The position numbers were made by a program, and so were the translations under genes. Below, in pieces: positions 32,758 to 42,647 of a stretch of DNA of 64,000 nt; within the stretch, counting starts at the first letter, position 1, and the number at the start of each line of letters is the position of its first letter. Below the pieces are notes generated by a model. The model did no database searches and was not told where the DNA came from. It worked only from the letters and a program-made list of their open reading frames with translations. Origin of the DNA: Kiritimatiellia bacterium (lineage in GTDB: Bacteria > Verrucomicrobiota > Kiritimatiellia > CAIQIC01 > Lenti-01). The stretch covers positions 1,877 to 65,876 of the forward strand of contig JAFTAH010000138.1 of the NCBI GenBank assembly GCA_017458625.1, read 5' to 3'.

Positions 32758-33273
32758 ATGAAACAGTTTTCGATCCTTTTGGTCACCCTGGCCCTGGTGG
32801 CGAGCGGATGCGTGATGCAGGAGTCGCTCTCGGGGGACGCCTATTCGCGGAGTGGAGCGCGGTCCGGGAACATGGTGCGCATGGGCACCATCGTCTCCAT
32901 CGAGGAGGTGCTGATCGAGGGCGATGGCGGTGCCGCCGGCGGCATTGGCGGCGCGGTCGTGGGGGGAGCTGCCGGGAGCATGTTCGGCGGGGGCCGGGCC
33001 TCGATTCTGACGACGGCGGTGGGAGCCGTCGGCGGCGCGGTGGCAGGCTCGGCCATCGAGCACAAGATCACGCAGAAGAAGGGCCTCGAAATCACGGTGA
33101 AGTACGCGGGCAGCGACGAATGCGAGGCCATCGTGCAGGAGCCGGGCAAGGATCAGTTCATGGTGGGCCAGGCCATCCGCGTCCTCACCGACAAGAGCTC
33201 CGGCGTGAAGCGCGTCCGCCCGGTTCCGCAGCAGTCCCTCACCGTGGTCGAGGAAACCGTCGTATCCGAATAG
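32758..33273 (+). CDS. Outer-membrane lipoprotein, glycine-zipper 2TM (SlyB-like)
   Basis: Lipobox VASGC; GGIGGAVVGGAAGSMFGGG...GAVGGAVAGSAIE; SD GGAGG. Confidence 0.9.
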   Translation: MKQFSILLVTLALVASGCVMQESLSGDAYSRSGARSGNMVRMGTIVSIEEVLIEGDGGAAGGIGGAVVGGAAGSMFGGGRASILTTAVGAVGGAVAGSAIEHKITQKKGLEITVKYAGSDECEAIVQEPGKDQFMVGQAIRVLTDKSSGVKRVRPVPQQSLTVVEETVVSE

Positions 33274-33300
33274 CGCGTTTGCGCCGGGGGGCTGGCGGCG

Positions 33301-34488
33301 TCAGGCGGGGCTGCCGTCCTGCGCCTTGAAGCAGATGCGGGCGATGAGTTCCTGGAAGGATTCCGCGCCGCTGAGCAGCTGGATCTCGATGCGCAGGAAG
33401 TAGACCGGCACGTCGATGCGGGAGAGGTGGGGGAAGCGGACGGCGTCCTTCTCGGTGGTGACGATGAGCTCCGCCCCGCGCGCCTTGGCGTCGTTGATGG
33501 TGTCGATGATCTCCTGGGCCTCGTAGCGGTGGTGGTCGGGAAAGCGGCGCCGGAAGACGATGGTGCCGCCCAGCCGTTCGAGCGAATCCTCGAAGCCGCG
33601 CGGGGCCGCGATGCCGGAGATGGCGGCGAGCGTCTTGCCCTGGAGGAAGTCGAGGGGCTGGCGGTCCGTGGAGTAGACGCCGCGCAGGTGGGTGGGCGTA
33701 TGGCGGCACTCGGCAATTTCGGCATGGTCGTTGTACTTGCGGATTTCCTTGCGCAGTTCGGGGGAGCCGTCGCCGTGGGACTTGGTGATGAAGATGAACG
33801 AGGCGCGGCGGAGATGCCGCTGGCTTTCGCGCAGCAGCCCGCGCGGCAGGACGTAGCCGTTGTCGAACGGGTTGTTGCGGTCGACAAGCACGATGTCGAG
33901 GCGGTGCTGGAGCCGCAGATACTGGAAGCCGTCGTCGAGGATGAGCGTGTCGCAGCCGAGCTTCTGGATGGCATAGCGGCCGCCCTTGACGCGGTCCTTG
34001 TCGACGATGACGCAGACATCGGGGAGGTTGGTGGCCAGCATGTACGGCTCGTCGCCGCCCTGGCCGCTGTCGAGCAGGATGCGATGGCCGTCGGAGACCA
34101 CGCGCGGGGGAACGACCTGCGGCGTGTTGAAGGTGAGGAACCGCTTCCAGCGCTCCGACGACGGCTGGCTCACCGACTTGTAGCCGCGCGAGAGGATGGC
34201 GACCCGCCGCCCGTTCTGCTGGAGGGCGCGCGCGAACACTTCCACCACCGGCGTCTTGCCCGTCCCCCCCACCGTGAGGTTGCCGATGCTGATGACCTGG
34301 CAGCCGAGAATCTTCGGCCGGAGAATCCGTTTCTCGTAGGCCCAGAGGCGGACCGACATGATCCAGCGGTAGAGCCGCGACAAGTTCTTCAGCACGAACC
34401 GCAGCAGCGACGGCACGACCCCCTTGAGGCGGTCGGTGATGACCGCCATGAAGAAGATTTCCATCCGTTCTGACTGCTGCTTGGCCAT
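33301..34488 (-). CDS. lpxK: Tetraacyldisaccharide 4'-kinase
   Basis: [53 protein letters not shown]. Confidence 0.96.
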   Translation of the reverse strand: MAKQQSERMEIFFMAVITDRLKGVVPSLLRFVLKNLSRLYRWIMSVRLWAYEKRILRPKILGCQVISIGNLTVGGTGKTPVVEVFARALQQNGRRVAILSRGYKSVSQPSSERWKRFLTFNTPQVVPPRVVSDGHRILLDSGQGGDEPYMLATNLPDVCVIVDKDRVKGGRYAIQKLGCDTLILDDGFQYLRLQHRLDIVLVDRNNPFDNGYVLPRGLLRESQRHLRRASFIFITKSHGDGSPELRKEIRKYNDHAEIAECRHTPTHLRGVYSTDRQPLDFLQGKTLAAISGIAAPRGFEDSLERLGGTIVFRRRFPDHHRYEAQEIIDTINDAKARGAELIVTTEKDAVRFPHLSRIDVPVYFLRIEIQLLSGAESFQELIARICFKAQDGSPA

Positions 34489-34642
34489 GTGTCCGCGCAA
34501 TATACCCGCCCTTCTCGCCCGCGACAAGCCCACAACGAGCGGTTGTGGCATCCTTGGTCACCGACCTTGCGGCAATGAATACGCCATGCCGTATAAGGAA
34601 TCGGCTAGGACAAGAGGCCAAGAATGCCGAAAAAGGTTAGCA

Positions 34643-34658
34643 TTTGACGTAAAATCAC
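34643..34658 (-). repeat. Polar motif copy, reverse orientation
   Basis: Plus strand TTTGACGTAAAATCAC = GTGATTTTACGTCAAA on minus; flanks are G-rich on plus. Confidence 0.9.
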
Positions 34659-34725
34659 TTACTTTGGAGGGGCAGGCGGGAGGAGGGGGAGACGGGAAAT
34701 CCCGCAGGGAGGAAGCGGGGGCGGG

Positions 34726-35454
34726 TCAGCGGCGGGCAATCCAGGCGGGAGAGGCGTAGCGGGCCAGGAGGGCGGGGACGGGCGGGGGAGCGGTCAGAGG
34801 CAGGGCGGCAGGAAGGTGGAAGAGCGCGAGGAGGGCGGAGAGCAGGGCGTCGGCGCAAGCGTCGTGGAGACGGGTGCGGGCGCCTTCGAGGCGGAGAGAC
34901 CCCTGGTACAGGACGTGGGTGGCGCGGCGGCGAAGGGCGCCGCCGAGAACCTTGTGGCCGTCGGGGGCCAGCAGGTCGGCGGGAACGGGAGCCAGGAAGC
35001 ACTGGCTGGCAGGAGCGACGTCTGTCGCGACGGACTGGCACGGACGGAGCGGCATCGGCTCGGCCGGGGACGGCGGAACGAGCCGAAGAGGCAGGGCGAG
35101 CGCGGAGGAAAGAGCCGCCGCGATGGCGTTGTGGAGCGCGAGGTAGAGGGCGGCGGGCGCGGCCGGGAGCAGAGCACGGGGGGCGACGAGGGAGAAGGTG
35201 AGGTCGATGTCGTGGATGACGATGCCGCCGCCGGTGGGGCGTCGCGTGCAACGACGACGCAAGTGCGGGGGGAGGGTCTGGAGGACGTCGGCGTGGCGCT
35301 GGGCGTAGCCGAAGGTGGCGGAAGGCACGGAGGCGGGCGTCCAGCGGTAGAGGCGCAGACAGGGGGCGGGAGGGGCGGCATCGAGGAGCGTCTCGTCCAA
35401 GGCCATCTGGCCGGCAAGGCCTAGACGCGGGGCCTGGAGGAGACGGAGGAACAT
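34726..35454 (-). CDS. Lipoate-protein ligase / octanoyltransferase family protein (BPL_LplA_LipB)
   Basis: QMALDETLL, LRLYRW, RRPTGGG..IH, KVLGGA, LYQGS. Confidence 0.85.
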   Translation of the reverse strand: MFLRLLQAPRLGLAGQMALDETLLDAAPPAPCLRLYRWTPASVPSATFGYAQRHADVLQTLPPHLRRRCTRRPTGGGIVIHDIDLTFSLVAPRALLPAAPAALYLALHNAIAAALSSALALPLRLVPPSPAEPMPLRPCQSVATDVAPASQCFLAPVPADLLAPDGHKVLGGALRRRATHVLYQGSLRLEGARTRLHDACADALLSALLALFHLPAALPLTAPPPVPALLARYASPAWIARR

Positions 35455-35473
35455 GGGGGCCGCGAGCGCAAGC

Positions 35474-36649
35474 CTATTCGGCCGCCGCCGCGGGGGCCTC
35501 GGGGGCGTCTGCAGAAGCCACGCCGACGCGTTCGATGGGTGCGCCATCGGTCAGCTTGTTCTGGCCCATGACGATGTATTCCTCGTTGGCGGCGAGGCCG
35601 GAGACGATTTCGACGCGGTCGTTGTCGCGAAGGCCGGTCTCGACGGTCTGGGCGCGGACGGTATGACCATCGGCGTTGACGACGAACAGGATCTGGTGGT
35701 CGAGGACGCGGATGAGGGCGGAAGCGGGAACCGTGAGGACGCCGGCGCGGGCGGCAATCTGCATGGAGGCGGTGGCGTACATGCCGGGACGCATGAGCCA
35801 GGAGCCGTCGGGCGTGCGTTCGTTGTCCAGCAGCACCTCGACCTGGGCGGTGCGGGTGGTGGTGTCGACGGTGGGGAAGATGCGGGACAGGGTGGCGACA
35901 AACGTGCGGTCGCCGACGCCGTCCAGGCGGATGGACACCTCGGTCTGGCCCGGCGTCAGCATGGGCAGCATGCGCGCCGGAACCGCGAGCATGAGGCGGA
36001 GGGGCGTCATCTGGGCCATCGTCAGGATGGGCGTGGAGGACGAGACCATGGCACCGGGATCGAGGTGGCGGGCGGTCACCACGCCGTCCATGGGGGCCTT
36101 GACAAAGGCTTCGTCGAGGTTGACCTGGGCCAGGCGGAGACTGGCCTGGGCCTGGGCCAGGGTCGCCTGGGCGGATTCGAAGGCGGTGACGGCGGCATCG
36201 CGGGCCTGCTCGGTGGAGACGTTTTCCGCGTAGAGGGCCTCGATGCGGCGGCGTTCGCGGTCCTTGTCGGCCAGCGAGACCTCGGCGGCGCGGACCTGCG
36301 CTCCAGCCAGCGAAACCTGGGCCTCGAGCTCGTCGTGCGCGACTTCGGCAACGGTCTGCCCCTTCTTGACCTCGACGCCTTCGGTGACAGCCTGGCCCTT
36401 GCGGAGCACCACCTTGTCCAGACGCCCGGCAGCCTTGCTGGCAAGATTGACCGACAGGGGCGACTCCAAGTCGCCGGTGAACTCGAAGAGTTCGCGGATG
36501 TCGCTGGGCGCGGCCGTGGCGGTGCGGACGGCGACAGGCTGCATTTCGCCGCCGGTCTGGGCCTCGTCGGACTTCATGCAGGCGGCAGAAGAGCCAAGGA
36601 TGGCGGCGGCAAGCAGGGCGCGGGCAAGAGCAAGGGCGGTTCTTTTCAT
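35474..36649 (-). CDS. Efflux membrane fusion protein (RND-type periplasmic adaptor)
   Basis: Lipobox SAAC; G.EVKKGQ, KAPMDGVV, MRPGMYA, VETG...VEIVSGL. Confidence 0.92.
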   Translation of the reverse strand: MKRTALALARALLAAAILGSSAACMKSDEAQTGGEMQPVAVRTATAAPSDIRELFEFTGDLESPLSVNLASKAAGRLDKVVLRKGQAVTEGVEVKKGQTVAEVAHDELEAQVSLAGAQVRAAEVSLADKDRERRRIEALYAENVSTEQARDAAVTAFESAQATLAQAQASLRLAQVNLDEAFVKAPMDGVVTARHLDPGAMVSSSTPILTMAQMTPLRLMLAVPARMLPMLTPGQTEVSIRLDGVGDRTFVATLSRIFPTVDTTTRTAQVEVLLDNERTPDGSWLMRPGMYATASMQIAARAGVLTVPASALIRVLDHQILFVVNADGHTVRAQTVETGLRDNDRVEIVSGLAANEEYIVMGQNKLTDGAPIERVGVASADAPEAPAAAAE

Positions 36650-36696
36650 GGCAGGAAGTTGGGCTGGGGTGGACTGGGATGGGGTTGGTGGCTTTT

Positions 36697-36749
36697 CTAG
36701 GTTTTCTAGATTTCCAGTTGTCTAGATTTCTAGGATTCTAGCATTCTAG
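36697..36749. repeat. CTAG array, 8-9 bp period
   Basis: CTAG at 36697, 36706, 36722, 36730, 36738, 36746 (the last contains the tolC stop). Confidence 0.85.
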
Positions 36750-38245
36750 GGCGAAGGGGTGGACGGGTCGGACGGAGCTGGTGCATCGGGGGCGGCGGAG
36801 GGGAAGAGCGGCTGGTCGGGCAGCGGGGCGTCGGCGAGGCAGCCCATGGTTTTCCGGAGGGCGAGGCGGGTCAGGACATGGTCGAAGATGGACTGGTAGT
36901 AGTTGGCGGAGGCGGTGGTCAGGGCGTTGCGGGCGTCGAGCACCTCGACCTGGGTGTTCTGGCCTTCGCGCAGGCCGACCTCTACGAGCCGGAGGGCCTC
37001 GCGAGCGGTCTCGAGGTTCTGGGACTGCGAATCCGCGAACTCCTCGGCGGTCTTGAGGGCCAGGACGCGCTGGCGCACCTCGGAAACGACCGACTCCTCG
37101 GCGTCCTGGAGGGCGAGCTCGAGCTGGGCAAGTTCGGCGGCGGCCTTGCGGGTGGCGCCGCGCGTGGCAAGACCGTCGAAGAGCGTCCAGGAGGCGGTGA
37201 GGCCCGCGCGCCATTCGTCGCCCCAGTCGTCGGAGGAGGCGTCGTGGGGGTCCGGCGAGGCGTAGGTTTCGGTGAAGAACGCGGAAACGGTGGGATAGTA
37301 GGTGGCGCGCGCGTTGGCAAGGGCCTCGCGTTGGAGGCGGACGGCATACTCGGCGGTGGCGAGGTCGGCGCGGCTGGAGAGGGCGATCGCCAGGGCGGTG
37401 TCGAAGTCGATGGCCTCGCGCACCAGCGGGAGCGGGGTGACGAGCGTCACCTCGCTGTCGGGCGAGGCCCCGATGAGGCGGAAGAGGGCGGTGAAGGCCT
37501 TGTCGAGGTTGTTGCGCGCCTGGAGGGCTTCGGCCTTGAAGTTGGACACCTCGACGGTGGCGCGGAGCACGTCGTAGTTGGAGGCCATGCCCTGGCGCCG
37601 GCGGAGATTGGCCTCGCTGAGCTGGCGTTCGGCGGTCTGGAGCGAGATGGTCTTCACTTCCAGCAGATGCTGCGAGAGGATGGCGTTGAAGTACGCCGCC
37701 TGCAAGTCGTAGCGGACCTGCTCCTCGGCGGAACGGATCTTGGCCTCGGTCCATTCGCGGGTGAGATGGGCGGCACGGATGGCCGCCCCGATGCGGCCGC
37801 TGAACAGGGGCTGGGAGACCGTGACGGCGGCGGACGATTGGTCGACGTAGCGGCCGCGGCGGCTGACGCCATTCTCGTCGGTGGCAGCAAGGTCGTCGTC
37901 GAGTCGCGTGTAGCCGCCGGAGGCGACGAGCGAGGGCAGGACGTTCTGGTAGGCGGACTGGATTTGCGCAGCGGCGGTCTCGCGGCCGAGCACCTCCTGC
38001 TGGAGGGAGAGGTTGAAGGCAAGCGCCTTTTCCAGGGCGTCGGCAAGCGACAGCGGCCCGGAAAGAAAGATGCCGCGACCTTCATAGGGCGTGCGCGCGT
38101 CCAGGGCGGCAAGGCGTGCCTGGGCGGCATCGTGGCGGAGCTCCCGCATCTCGTCGGCGTCCGGCGTGGAAAAGCAGGCGACAAGCAGCAGGGGCAGGGC
38201 CAGGAGGGCGGCCAAACGCCAGAAGGCGGAAGAGTGCGTGTTCAT
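36746..38245 (-). CDS. TolC-family outer-membrane efflux protein
   Basis: Lipobox LVAC; LSLADALEKAL..N, QPLFSG, WTLFDG, two OEP repeats. Confidence 0.92.
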   Translation of the reverse strand: MNTHSSAFWRLAALLALPLLLVACFSTPDADEMRELRHDAAQARLAALDARTPYEGRGIFLSGPLSLADALEKALAFNLSLQQEVLGRETAAAQIQSAYQNVLPSLVASGGYTRLDDDLAATDENGVSRRGRYVDQSSAAVTVSQPLFSGRIGAAIRAAHLTREWTEAKIRSAEEQVRYDLQAAYFNAILSQHLLEVKTISLQTAERQLSEANLRRRQGMASNYDVLRATVEVSNFKAEALQARNNLDKAFTALFRLIGASPDSEVTLVTPLPLVREAIDFDTALAIALSSRADLATAEYAVRLQREALANARATYYPTVSAFFTETYASPDPHDASSDDWGDEWRAGLTASWTLFDGLATRGATRKAAAELAQLELALQDAEESVVSEVRQRVLALKTAEEFADSQSQNLETAREALRLVEVGLREGQNTQVEVLDARNALTTASANYYQSIFDHVLTRLALRKTMGCLADAPLPDQPLFPSAAPDAPAPSDPSTPSP

Positions 38246-38298
38246 GGGGAAAAGGGCCTCGGAATGGAAAAGGAACGTGGGGGCGGCACGTCTCGTGA

Positions 38299-38326
38299 AT
38301 CATACGGCCAAGGCGCGGATTGTCAA
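38299..38326 (-). promoter_or_regulatory. Probable sigma70 promoter of the tolC-like gene
   Basis: Minus strand TTGACA-16-TATGAT. Confidence 0.55.
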
Positions 38327-38331
38327 GGAAA

Positions 38332-38347
38332 GGACTTTTCGAGACCG
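38332..38347 (+). repeat. 16-bp direct repeat, left copy (GGACTTTTCGAGACCG)
   Basis: Identical to 40517-40532. Confidence 0.85.
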
Positions 38348-38404
38348 GCAAATTGCAAGCTAACTCGGACAGAGGTCTGCGGGGGCTCATGCAGTGGCGA
38401 GATA

Positions 38405-39332
38405 GTCGTTCATGCAAAACCCGTTTTGAGTCCCGAAGCGTGGTCGGGACGGGGGCGTGAGGGGGGGGCATCGGCGAGGAGAGCCGTCGGCGGAATCAGG
38501 CTGCCTGCGAGGGGGCAGGCCAGGCCATCGGAAGGGGGCGGGGGAAAAGGCACAAAAAGAGGCGCTTGAGCCCCTTCATCAGCTTGCGGAGGTTGAAGCC
38601 GACGGCGGTCAGCAGGGCGTGGAGGGCGTCGCCCTGTCTTCCTGCGAGTCGGCAGCGGCCTTCGCGGGAGTGGTCCTCCCGTACGTGCCCGATGACCGGT
38701 TCGATGGCGCTGCGCCGCTTCCACCAGCGTAGCAGGCTCCGGTCCGGAGTCTTCCTGAAGCGGTTCACGATCTGGATGTCGCACGATCCGTCGTAGCCGC
38801 TCTTCCGGTATCCCAGGTCGGCGCAGGCCTGTTTCGGGGCCACGCCGGTGATCCGCTCCGCCTGCTCCAGGGACAGCTGGAGGGTGTGTCCGTCGTAGGG
38901 ATTGCCCGGGAACGTCTGCGCCCCGAGGATCCAGCAGGAGCGCGCGCTCGTCACCAGCCCCGTTTTCACCCCGAACTCGTAGCGTTTGCGGGCCTTTCCC
39001 CGCGAGCATCCGGATCGGACACGACGGACGGCCGTTGTCCGGCGAGTAGGCGGGTTCCATGACGGCCTCGAAGCGCGACCAGTCGATGGCCCTGGCAGCA
39101 GGACGAGTTCGTGCTTCGGGTTCACGAGATCGGAAAGCAGGGGCTTCCACAACTGGGTCTGGACCGACTTGGCGGCGGGGCTTTTCGTCATCATTTTTGG
39201 GGGTCACCGGAGAATATCCTTTGTTTTCGCGGGCAACCCTATCAACCCCCCCCCAATTGCACGATAATAATTTATATAAATTATTGTGAACAAATATGTT
39301 ATGGCTCATCAAATAAATTTTTCATAATCGAC
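38405..39332 (-). mobile_element. IS5-family insertion sequence, internally deleted (non-autonomous)
   Basis: Imperfect TIRs GTCGTTCATGCAAAA (38405-38419) and TTTTTCATAATCGAC (39318-39332); AT-rich left end; transposase remnants inside. Confidence 0.8.
38496..39194 (-). pseudogene. IS5 transposase pseudogene
   Basis: N-terminal NPKHELV/IDWSRFE...GRP..PIRMLAG (frameshifted) joined directly to GKARKRYEFG...GNPYDGHTL...ADLGY...RRSAIEPVIGH. Confidence 0.88.
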
Positions 39333-39387
39333 AACATAGTTGCAGAACAGGTGCCGGGATGATATTATTCCCAGAAAAGAGGTGGTC

Positions 39388-40392
39388 ATGAACAAGACAA
39401 CAGCAGCGTTTGGCAAAATGGTGGGGCTTTTTGGGGTTCTGATCTGGATCTGCACGTCCTCCGCCTGGGGCGAGAAATGGACGACACTCACGGGGTGTTC
39501 GCTCATTTCCATTTCTGGCAATGACGGCGACAGCTTTTTCACCCAGTGCCCGGGGCTTCAGCCCGCCGCCCCGGACCAAAAGGTGTTTCGCCTGTATTAC
39601 GTGGACACGCCGGAATCCGACGATTCCATTCCCGAACGGCTGGCTGATCAGAAGACCTATTGGGACCTCCCCGACGACAAAACCGTCGTCAAATGCGGGG
39701 TGATGGCCAAGGAGTTCACGGCCGCTTTCCTGCAAAAGTCGTTCACGGTGCATACGCAATGGGAGGACGCCATGGGGCGGACCGAGCGGGGCCGCACCTT
39801 TGCGATGGTGGTCGGCGGCGGCGGCGAGGATCTGGGGCTGGCTCTGGTGCGGAACGGCCTGGCGCGGGTCTATGGCCGAGGCCCCAACCTCACAGGACTG
39901 GCCACCTACCGCTCGGCGACTGCCAACATCTGGTGGGAAAAACTGCGCAAGGCGGAGGCCCAGGCCAAGCACAAGCGGCTGGGCTGCTGGGCTTATTCCG
40001 GAAGCCGGGGCGCAAGACTGGCTGCGGCGGAAGAAGCTGGCGTCACCGCTCCCGCCATCGGGGCGGCTGGTTTTTCCGGCCGGACCCCAGTTCTTGGGCC
40101 GGTCCCTCCTCCCTCCATCCGTCCGGGGGGGAGCGGAACTGTCGCTCCTGCTTCCGCACCTGCTCGCTCCGCGCCTCCTGCCACGGCCTATCCTCTGGAA
40201 ACCACCACCCCCCGCCCTCTGCCCATCTACTCCTTGAAAGACCCTGGCCAGGCTCAGCCTCTGGGCATGTTACGTGCGGGCTTTCCCGTGACCGTGGTGG
40301 GGGATGAAGGCCAGGGACGCGTCCGCGTCCGCTTCACCCTTTCCGATGGTACACGCGAAGGATCCGCCATGAAGACAGATTTGGGCCTTTAG
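39388..40392 (+). CDS. Secreted thermonuclease (SNase-like) with Pro/Ala linker and C-terminal SH3-like region
   Basis: DGDSF, FRLYYVDTPE, GRTFAMV, LVRNGLAR, EAQAKHKRLGCW; SD AGAGG. Confidence 0.88.
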   Translation: MNKTTAAFGKMVGLFGVLIWICTSSAWGEKWTTLTGCSLISISGNDGDSFFTQCPGLQPAAPDQKVFRLYYVDTPESDDSIPERLADQKTYWDLPDDKTVVKCGVMAKEFTAAFLQKSFTVHTQWEDAMGRTERGRTFAMVVGGGGEDLGLALVRNGLARVYGRGPNLTGLATYRSATANIWWEKLRKAEAQAKHKRLGCWAYSGSRGARLAAAEEAGVTAPAIGAAGFSGRTPVLGPVPPPSIRPGGSGTVAPASAPARSAPPATAYPLETTTPRPLPIYSLKDPGQAQPLGMLRAGFPVTVVGDEGQGRVRVRFTLSDGTREGSAMKTDLGL

Positions 40393-40516
40393 CATGTTGC
40401 GCGGTTTTTCGTTTCTGACAAATCCCTCCAGCCAGCCGGACAGTTGGGGCTTCGTTGCTGGAGCGTGTGATCGTGATGGTTGCTTTTGGGGCGCGAACTC
40501 CATTTCGGTTACAAAG

Positions 40517-40532
40517 GGACTTTTCGAGACCG
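40517..40532 (+). repeat. 16-bp direct repeat, right copy
   Basis: GGACTTTTCGAGACCG. Confidence 0.85.
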
Positions 40533-40687
40533 CATTTCGGGCTTGCATTGCGGGAGCGGACGTGGTTTAGTCCCCGCGTTTTCGCGTGCGCCGATGGGCG
40601 CCGCGGGAGCCGCCGGCGGCGCTTCAGTGGGCATTCCACCCCCGGCCTGGTCACGAATGCCCGGGACATCTAACCAAAATATCTAGC

Positions 40688-42448
40688 ATGTCTAAGAAAA
40701 AGAAGCTGGTCGCCGAGGAGTCTCCGGAACGCGCCCAGATGTGGGAACTGTACAACAGCACGATGAAGGCCATCCAGGAAGGCCAGATCGTCGAGGGAAG
40801 CATTGTTGAAAAGGGCGAAAAGGACGTCCTCGTCGATATCGGCTACAAGTCCGAGGGCGTGCTCCCCGCCGAAGAGTTCGAGGACTTCGAGAAGGTCGCC
40901 GTCGGCGACAAGGTCGAAGTGCTGCTCGACCGCCTCGAGGACGAGGATGGAATGCCGGTCCTCAGCAAGACCAAGGCCGAACGCCAGCGCAAGTGGGACG
41001 ATGTCGTCCAGAACAAGGACGAAGGCGACACCGTCATCGGCACCGTCAAGGGCAAGGTCAAGGGCGGTCTCGTCGTCGACGTCGGCGTCGACGCCTTCCT
41101 GCCCGGCTCGCAGATCGATGTCACCCCGGTTCGCGACCTCGACCCGTTCATCGGCCAGGACATCGAATGCAAGATCCTCAAGATCAACAAGGAACGCCGC
41201 AACATCGTCCTCAGCCGCCGCGACCTCCTCGAGGACCAGCGCCGCGAGCAGAAGCAGGCCCTCCTCAAGGAGATCAAGGTCGGCGAGAAGCGCATGGGCG
41301 TGGTCAAGAACATCACCGACTTCGGCGCATTCGTCGATCTCAAGGGCATGGATGGCCTCCTGCACATCACCGACATGAGCTGGGGCCGCATCAACCACCC
41401 CAGCGAGGTCGTCCAGCAGGGCCAGGAGCTCGAGGTCATCGTCCTCGACGTCAACCTCGACAAGGAACGCATCTCCCTCGGCCTCAAGCAGCTGCAGGCC
41501 AATCCTTGGGACGAGATCGAGATGAAGTACCCCAAGGGCGCCCGCGTCCATGGCAAGGTCGTCAACCTCGTGCCCTACGGCGCGTTCGTCCAGCTCGAGC
41601 CCGGCGTCGAAGGCCTCGTCCACGTCTCCGAGCTCTCCTGGACCAAGCGCATCGCCCGCGCCTCCGACGTGCTTAGCGTCGGCGACGAGGTTGACGCCGT
41701 CGTCCTCAACATCAACAAGGAAGAGCAGAAGATCTCGCTCGGCATCCGCCAGACCGAGGCCAATCCCTGGGACGACGTGGCCGACAAGTATCCCATCGGC
41801 AGCCGCGTGAAGGGCAAGGTCCGCAACTTCACCAACTACGGCGCGTTCATCGAGCTCGAAGAGGGTGTCGACGGCATGATCCACGTCTCCGACATGTCCT
41901 GGACCCGCAAGATCAACCACCCCTCCGAGCTCCTCCAGAAGGGCCAGGAGGTCGAGGCCGTCGTCCTCGAGGTCTCGCCCGAGAACCAGCGCATCTCCCT
42001 CGGCCTCAAGCAGGCGCAGGAAGATCCCTGGTCCGGCATCTCCAACCGCTACCACCTCGGCCAGCTCATCAAGGGCAAGGTCACCAAGCTCGCCAGCTTC
42101 GGCGCCTTCGTCGAGCTCGAGGAGGGCGTGGACGGCCTCGTGCACATCTCCCAGATCTCCGACGACCACGTCGCCAAGATCCGCGATGTCCTCCAGCCCG
42201 GACAGGTGGTCGAGGCCCGCATCGTCAAGATCGACCCCGTCGACCGCCGCATCGGCCTCAGCATCAAGGCCGCCAACGTCTCCGACGAGGACTTCCAGGT
42301 CGACGACTCCATGCTCGAAGGCCTCCGCCCCGGCGAAGACCTGGTGGACCTGGCCGGCGCCTTCGACGCCGCCCTCAGCTCCTCCGACTCCAAGCCCGAG
42401 GAGTGGTCCCCCGGACAGGCCGAGTACGATGAGCCCAAGGGCGAATAG
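40688..42448 (+). CDS. rpsA: 30S ribosomal protein S1
   Basis: Six S1 repeats (VDIGYKSEG, AFLPGSQID, NITDFGAFVDL.G.DGLLHITDMSW, etc.). Confidence 0.98.
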   Translation: MSKKKKLVAEESPERAQMWELYNSTMKAIQEGQIVEGSIVEKGEKDVLVDIGYKSEGVLPAEEFEDFEKVAVGDKVEVLLDRLEDEDGMPVLSKTKAERQRKWDDVVQNKDEGDTVIGTVKGKVKGGLVVDVGVDAFLPGSQIDVTPVRDLDPFIGQDIECKILKINKERRNIVLSRRDLLEDQRREQKQALLKEIKVGEKRMGVVKNITDFGAFVDLKGMDGLLHITDMSWGRINHPSEVVQQGQELEVIVLDVNLDKERISLGLKQLQANPWDEIEMKYPKGARVHGKVVNLVPYGAFVQLEPGVEGLVHVSELSWTKRIARASDVLSVGDEVDAVVLNINKEEQKISLGIRQTEANPWDDVADKYPIGSRVKGKVRNFTNYGAFIELEEGVDGMIHVSDMSWTRKINHPSELLQKGQEVEAVVLEVSPENQRISLGLKQAQEDPWSGISNRYHLGQLIKGKVTKLASFGAFVELEEGVDGLVHISQISDDHVAKIRDVLQPGQVVEARIVKIDPVDRRIGLSIKAANVSDEDFQVDDSMLEGLRPGEDLVDLAGAFDAALSSSDSKPEEWSPGQAEYDEPKGE

Positions 42449-42474
42449 CCCCGCTCCCATCCCCCCATCGGCAC

Positions 42475-42510
42475 GAAAGCCTCCGCCCCTGCGGCGGGGG
42501 CTTTCCTTTT
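42475..42510 (+). terminator. Intrinsic terminator of rpsA
   Basis: GAAAGCCTCCGCC-CCTGC-GGCGGGGGCTTTC-CTTTT. Confidence 0.8.
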
Positions 42511-42574
42511 GTGCGTTCGGCACGTCACACGACGGGAAACGCCATGAGGCCAAAATGCCAAAAAAACTTGCATT

Positions 42575-42590
42575 TTACACATAAAATCGC
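42575..42590 (-). repeat. Polar motif copy, reverse orientation, degenerate
   Basis: Minus strand GCGATTTTATGTGTAAAATGCAAGTTTTTTTGGCATTTT, with the same downstream T-tract phasing. Confidence 0.6.
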
Positions 42591-42647
42591 GCATCACAGC
42601 GCAACGGAGGGGATTAGCATTGCGGGGGCAAGGCGGTGCGGAGTAGG

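Noticed and set aside
34640-34670. Complete dif site
   Set aside because: A XerD-like arm is present but there is no conserved XerC arm across copies, and many copies are incompatible with a single dif
40410-40480. Integron attC site after the nuclease gene
   Set aside because: CTCCAGC/GCTGGAG can pair, but the R'' (RYYYAAC) and R' (GTTRRRY) boxes are degenerate and mis-spaced; no integrase or other cassettes
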